Of a stretch of 49,565 nt of DNA, positions 47,328 through 49,565 are shown one piece after another; position 1 is the first letter of the stretch; every line of letters starts with the position of its first letter. The stretch is from Minisyncoccota bacterium (GTDB lineage Bacteria; Patescibacteriota; Minisyncoccia; Phycocordibacterales; UBA9973). The notes under the pieces are model-generated. The model searched no databases. It was not told the origin of the DNA and saw only the letters and a program-made list of their open reading frames with translations. The stretch covers positions 1-49,565 of the forward strand of contig JAYVGX010000032.1 of the NCBI GenBank assembly GCA_043771685.1, written 5' to 3'. The position numbers and the translations under genes are program-made.

Positions 47328-48233
47328 TTAAACTGTTTTTAATTCTAAATTCTTATTTTCTTCATGCTTTTTATCATCATGATCATGATCGTGTGATGCA
47401 ATCGTATAGTAAACAAGAGTTAGTACAGCAAATATAAAAGCCTGTATAACTCCAACAAAAACTTCCAAAATTATAAACGGTGTTGGTAGTAAATATGCGA
47501 TAATTGCTCCCATCGATGCAAGCAGAACTTCTCCTGCAAAAACGTTACCGAAAAGACGAAAAGATAGAGATGCGACTTTAGCGAATTCACCTATTAATTC
47601 AAGGAAACCGACAGCAAACATGATAGGAGCGGTCATCAGGATTGTTGGTTCTTTCTTTATTTTTCTAAATATACTACCTAACGCTTTTAGATTAATATAT
47701 TTATTTATTGTTTTCCAAAGTCCAATTGAGAAAATACCGAAAAGATTTGCTCCTAGAACTGAAAGAATGGCAAGTGGTAATGTACCGTTTATGTCTGCAG
47801 TACCACTACGAATTAGTGGTATGAAAACTTTACCGTGATCAGTCATTTCTATTAGACCGAAACCACCAAATGGCATTATTCCCATCCAATTATTCAGCAG
47901 AACTATAAAAAATACTGTAAAAACTATAGGGAATGCTTTATCTGTAATTTTTCTATCTCCTGTTATTTGATCAGCTAATTTTTCTACGCCTTCAATGATG
48001 AATTCAAATAAATTCTGAATTCCTCTTGGTATTTGTTTTATAGATGTTCGAATTACGATTGATATTATTGTGATCATCACAACAACTATCCAACTAGTAA
48101 AAAGAGCGTTTGTGATAGTAAAAGAACCAATATGAAAAATAGGCTCAGCATATAGTGTCGGAACATGAGCTACATGAGCTTCTTCTTGATATATTGTTGT
48201 ATCAGTATTTAATTCGTTGTTATTTGATGTCAT
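47328..48233 (-). CDS. atpB: Fo ATP synthase a subunit
   Basis: Conserved LSFRLFGN(V)FAGE with the essential Arg. It has a His/Asp-rich C-terminal tail (HDHDHDD). Confidence 0.9.
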   Translation of the reverse strand: MTSNNNELNTDTTIYQEEAHVAHVPTLYAEPIFHIGSFTITNALFTSWIVVVMITIISIVIRTSIKQIPRGIQNLFEFIIEGVEKLADQITGDRKITDKAFPIVFTVFFIVLLNNWMGIMPFGGFGLIEMTDHGKVFIPLIRSGTADINGTLPLAILSVLGANLFGIFSIGLWKTINKYINLKALGSIFRKIKKEPTILMTAPIMFAVGFLELIGEFAKVASLSFRLFGNVFAGEVLLASMGAIIAYLLPTPFIILEVFVGVIQAFIFAVLTLVYYTIASHDHDHDDKKHEENKNLELKTV

Positions 48234-48236
48234 AAT

Positions 48237-48491
48237 TTATTTAATTTCTTTTTTGTCTATTTCTTCGTTTTTTAATTTATCTAAATATTCTTTTATACAT
48301 TTCCATATACTCATGATTGATACTCCAAAAGCAACTAAAATAAGTCCTAAGAATATCCAAGGTGTTGTCTGATATCTATTGTCTAGATATTTTCCAATAG
48401 GAAGCGCAACTATTATAGGGACAGCTATCGCTGTCGATACTTTTGCAAAAACTATTATACCTGGTTTCCACCAATCATTTTTATTATCCAT
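48237..48491 (-). CDS. AtpZ/AtpI-like small membrane protein
   Basis: Two TM helices, and it is the first gene of the atp operon. Confidence 0.6.
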   Translation of the reverse strand: MDNKNDWWKPGIIVFAKVSTAIAVPIIVALPIGKYLDNRYQTTPWIFLGLILVAFGVSIMSIWKCIKEYLDKLKNEEIDKKEIK

Positions 48492-48510
48492 TTTATTTAT
48501 TTTAGAACCA

Positions 48511-48548
48511 GTGCGTGTGGAAAGAATCGAACTTTCGGCCTCTGTCTT
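48511..48548 (-). repeat. Perfect 38-nt duplicate of the 3' part of tRNA-Ile (anticodon-stem 3' strand through discriminator +1)
   Basis: It is identical to 48593-48630. Confidence 0.85.
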
Positions 48549-48549
48549 T

Positions 48550-48580
48550 CAAATGGCAACGAATCGTAAAATGAAATAAA
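48550..48580. repeat. Left arm of the inverted repeat flanking tRNA-Ile
   Basis: CAAATGG (48550-48556) and AAAATGAAATAAA (48568-48580) are complementary to 48706-48712 and 48682-48694. Confidence 0.8.
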
Positions 48581-48593
48581 CTACCGCCCTGCG

Positions 48594-48665
48594 TGCGTGT
48601 GGAAAGAATCGAACTTTCGGCCTCTGTCTTATCAGGACAGCGTTCTACCACTGAACTACACACGC
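48594..48665 (-). tRNA. tRNA-Ile (anticodon GAU), 72 nt, no encoded CCA
   Basis: The manual fold is GCGUGUG-UA-GUUC-AGUGGUA-GAAC-G-CUGUC-CUGAUAA-GACAG-AGGCC-GAAAG-UUCGAUU-CUUUC-CACACGC-A. All stems are Watson-Crick. Confidence 0.88.
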
Positions 48666-48681
48666 ACGCAAAGAATTAGTT

Positions 48682-48712
48682 TTTATTTCATTTTCGATGA
48701 GCGCACCATTTG
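48682..48712. repeat. Right arm of the inverted repeat flanking tRNA-Ile
   Basis: TTTATTTCATTTT (48682-48694) and CCATTTG (48706-48712). Confidence 0.8.
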
Positions 48713-48756
48713 TATTTAATCAGAGGACAGAGTTCTACCACACAACTACACAAAGC
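48713..48756 (-). pseudogene. Degenerate copy of the 5' half of tRNA-Ile
   Basis: The minus strand reads GCUUUGUGUAGUUGUGUGGUAGAACUCUGUCCUCUGAUUAAAUA, against GCGUGUGUAGUUCAGUGGUAGAACGCUGUCCUGAUAA in the intact gene. Acceptor and D-stem pairing are damaged. Confidence 0.5.
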
Positions 48757-48804
48757 GTGGGATTTCTCCGTACAGACATTGATTCAAATTTAAAGAACAA
48801 GGAT

Positions 48805-48833
48805 ATTGTAACAGAAAAAACTCAAATTTGCAA
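48805..48833 (-). promoter_or_regulatory. Strong sigma70-like promoter (TTGCAA-17-TACAAT) upstream of the tRNA-Ile/atp region
   Basis: Minus-strand -35 lies over 48828-48833 and -10 over 48805-48810. It sits directly after the RRM-gene terminator. Confidence 0.5.
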
Positions 48834-48835
48834 AC

Positions 48836-48865
48836 AAAAATCCCCTACTTTCGTAAGGGGTTTTT
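48836..48865 (-). terminator. Terminator of the RRM protein gene
   Basis: AAAAA-CCCCTAC-tttc-GTAAGGGG-TTTTT. Confidence 0.55.
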
Positions 48866-48882
48866 GAGCATAACAATATATG

Positions 48883-49173
48883 TTATCTGTTTCCGCGGAA
48901 TCCTCCTCCACCTTGTGGACGTTCTTCCATAGGGCGAGCTTCGTTTACAGTAAGATTGCGACCATCGAAATCTTTACCATCGAACATACTAACTGCATTT
49001 GTTGCATCAGCATCGTTTTCGAATTCAACGAAACCAAAACCTTTTGAACGACCAGTCATTTTATCCATGATGATAGTTGCTGAAGAAACAGCACCTGCAC
49101 CACTAAAATGAGCTTTTAGTTCATCGTTAGTTGTTTTATAAGGAAGACCACCAACGTATAACTTTTTTGCCAT
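48883..49173 (-). CDS. RRM-type RNA-binding protein with a C-terminal Gly/Arg tail
   Basis: RNP-2 is KLYVGGL and RNP-1 is KGFGFVEF, with a C-terminal GGGGFRGNR. The likely start is ATG 49173 (MAKKLYV). Confidence 0.88.
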   Translation of the reverse strand: MAKKLYVGGLPYKTTNDELKAHFSGAGAVSSATIIMDKMTGRSKGFGFVEFENDADATNAVSMFDGKDFDGRNLTVNEARPMEERPQGGGGFRGNR

Positions 49174-49316
49174 ATATGACACTATGCTTCTTGTAGTAAT
49201 ACTTTCATACACACTACTTGAAGGAAACTAATTTATAAATGTAATACAAATGCCTATTTTCACAGACTTTAACTACTTTGACTAGTATAACACATATATT
49301 TTAAAACACAATAAAA

Positions 49317-49345
49317 AAAGACCTAGCATGTAATGCGAGGTCTTT
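49317..49345 (-). terminator. Terminator-like hairpin downstream of 49370..49555
   Basis: AAAGACCT...AGGTCTTT with an inner GCA/TGC pairing. A T-run follows on the minus strand. Confidence 0.45.
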
Positions 49346-49369
49346 CTAAATTATTATTTAATCTAATAT

Positions 49370-49555
49370 TTATAATTTCGAATCGAATCTAATTTCTGAA
49401 ATATTCACAGTCCGACGCTTACGTTTGAAATTTATAATTTCGGGAGATATTCTTTCAAAGTCATATATTATTGCTCTAAACCTTAATATACTATCCTTCT
49501 CGTTTTTGCTTCTATAAAAATAGATACTAACATAACAGTCTATGTCTCCATACAA
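49370..49555 (-). CDS. Doubtful small ORF (61 aa)
   Basis: Only the ORF and a downstream hairpin support it. It has no recognisable motif and lies at the window edge. Confidence 0.2.
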   Translation of the reverse strand: MYGDIDCYVSIYFYRSKNEKDSILRFRAIIYDFERISPEIINFKRKRRTVNISEIRFDSKL

Positions 49556-49565
49556 GCAAAGTCCA

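Noticed and set aside
48511-48756. A CRISPR-like repeat array, or a group I or archaeal BHB intron in a tRNA.
   Set aside because: There are only two copies of the 38-nt unit, and it is tRNA sequence. The intervening 164 nt is too short and lacks group I core elements. The helix and bulge geometry (13 nt against 3 nt around a 7-bp helix) does not match a bulge-helix-bulge motif. The outer acceptor stem is also damaged.

Overview
This is a gene-dense, AT-rich bacterial chromosome segment that uses the standard genetic code: long housekeeping ORFs contain no in-frame TGA. The compact gene versions (AlaRS without a C-terminal domain, short L13/MltG/ATP synthase delta), the many small membrane ORFs and the PaaX-like regulator suggest a reduced-genome, CPR/Patescibacteria-like organism; that placement is inference. 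The core backbone holds rplI, rpmA, a DEAD-box helicase, lysC-asd, a PLP decarboxylase, dnaK/dnaJ/grpE, rpsI-rplM, the rplQ-rpoA-rpsD-rpsK-rpsM-rpmJ-infA block, alaS, mnmA, trhO, a complete F1Fo ATP synthase operon, tRNA-Ile(GAU) and an RRM protein. The main accessory feature is a roughly 11.5 kb block (about 2277-13837) that looks more G+C-rich by eye. It is bounded by a 13-nt direct repeat, carries a tyrosine integrase near its right end, and encodes a tightly packed co-directional gene string starting with Fic. That string includes alpha/beta hydrolase, HIT, an interrupted Nudix, HAD x2, a PII-like protein, a zincin-cupin fusion and an MFS transporter, and ends in a HEPN-like protein plus a 787-aa protein with two ART-like modules. 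Other notable items are a 9-mer (TGTGGGAGT) repeated five times around the integrase, a three-gene cassette with a MazF/PemK-like protein between dnaK and dnaJ, and a composite tRNA-Ile locus in the leader of the atp operon. That locus has a full gene flanked by a long inverted repeat and by duplicated tRNA halves. All family assignments come from motif recognition by eye; no database search was possible.
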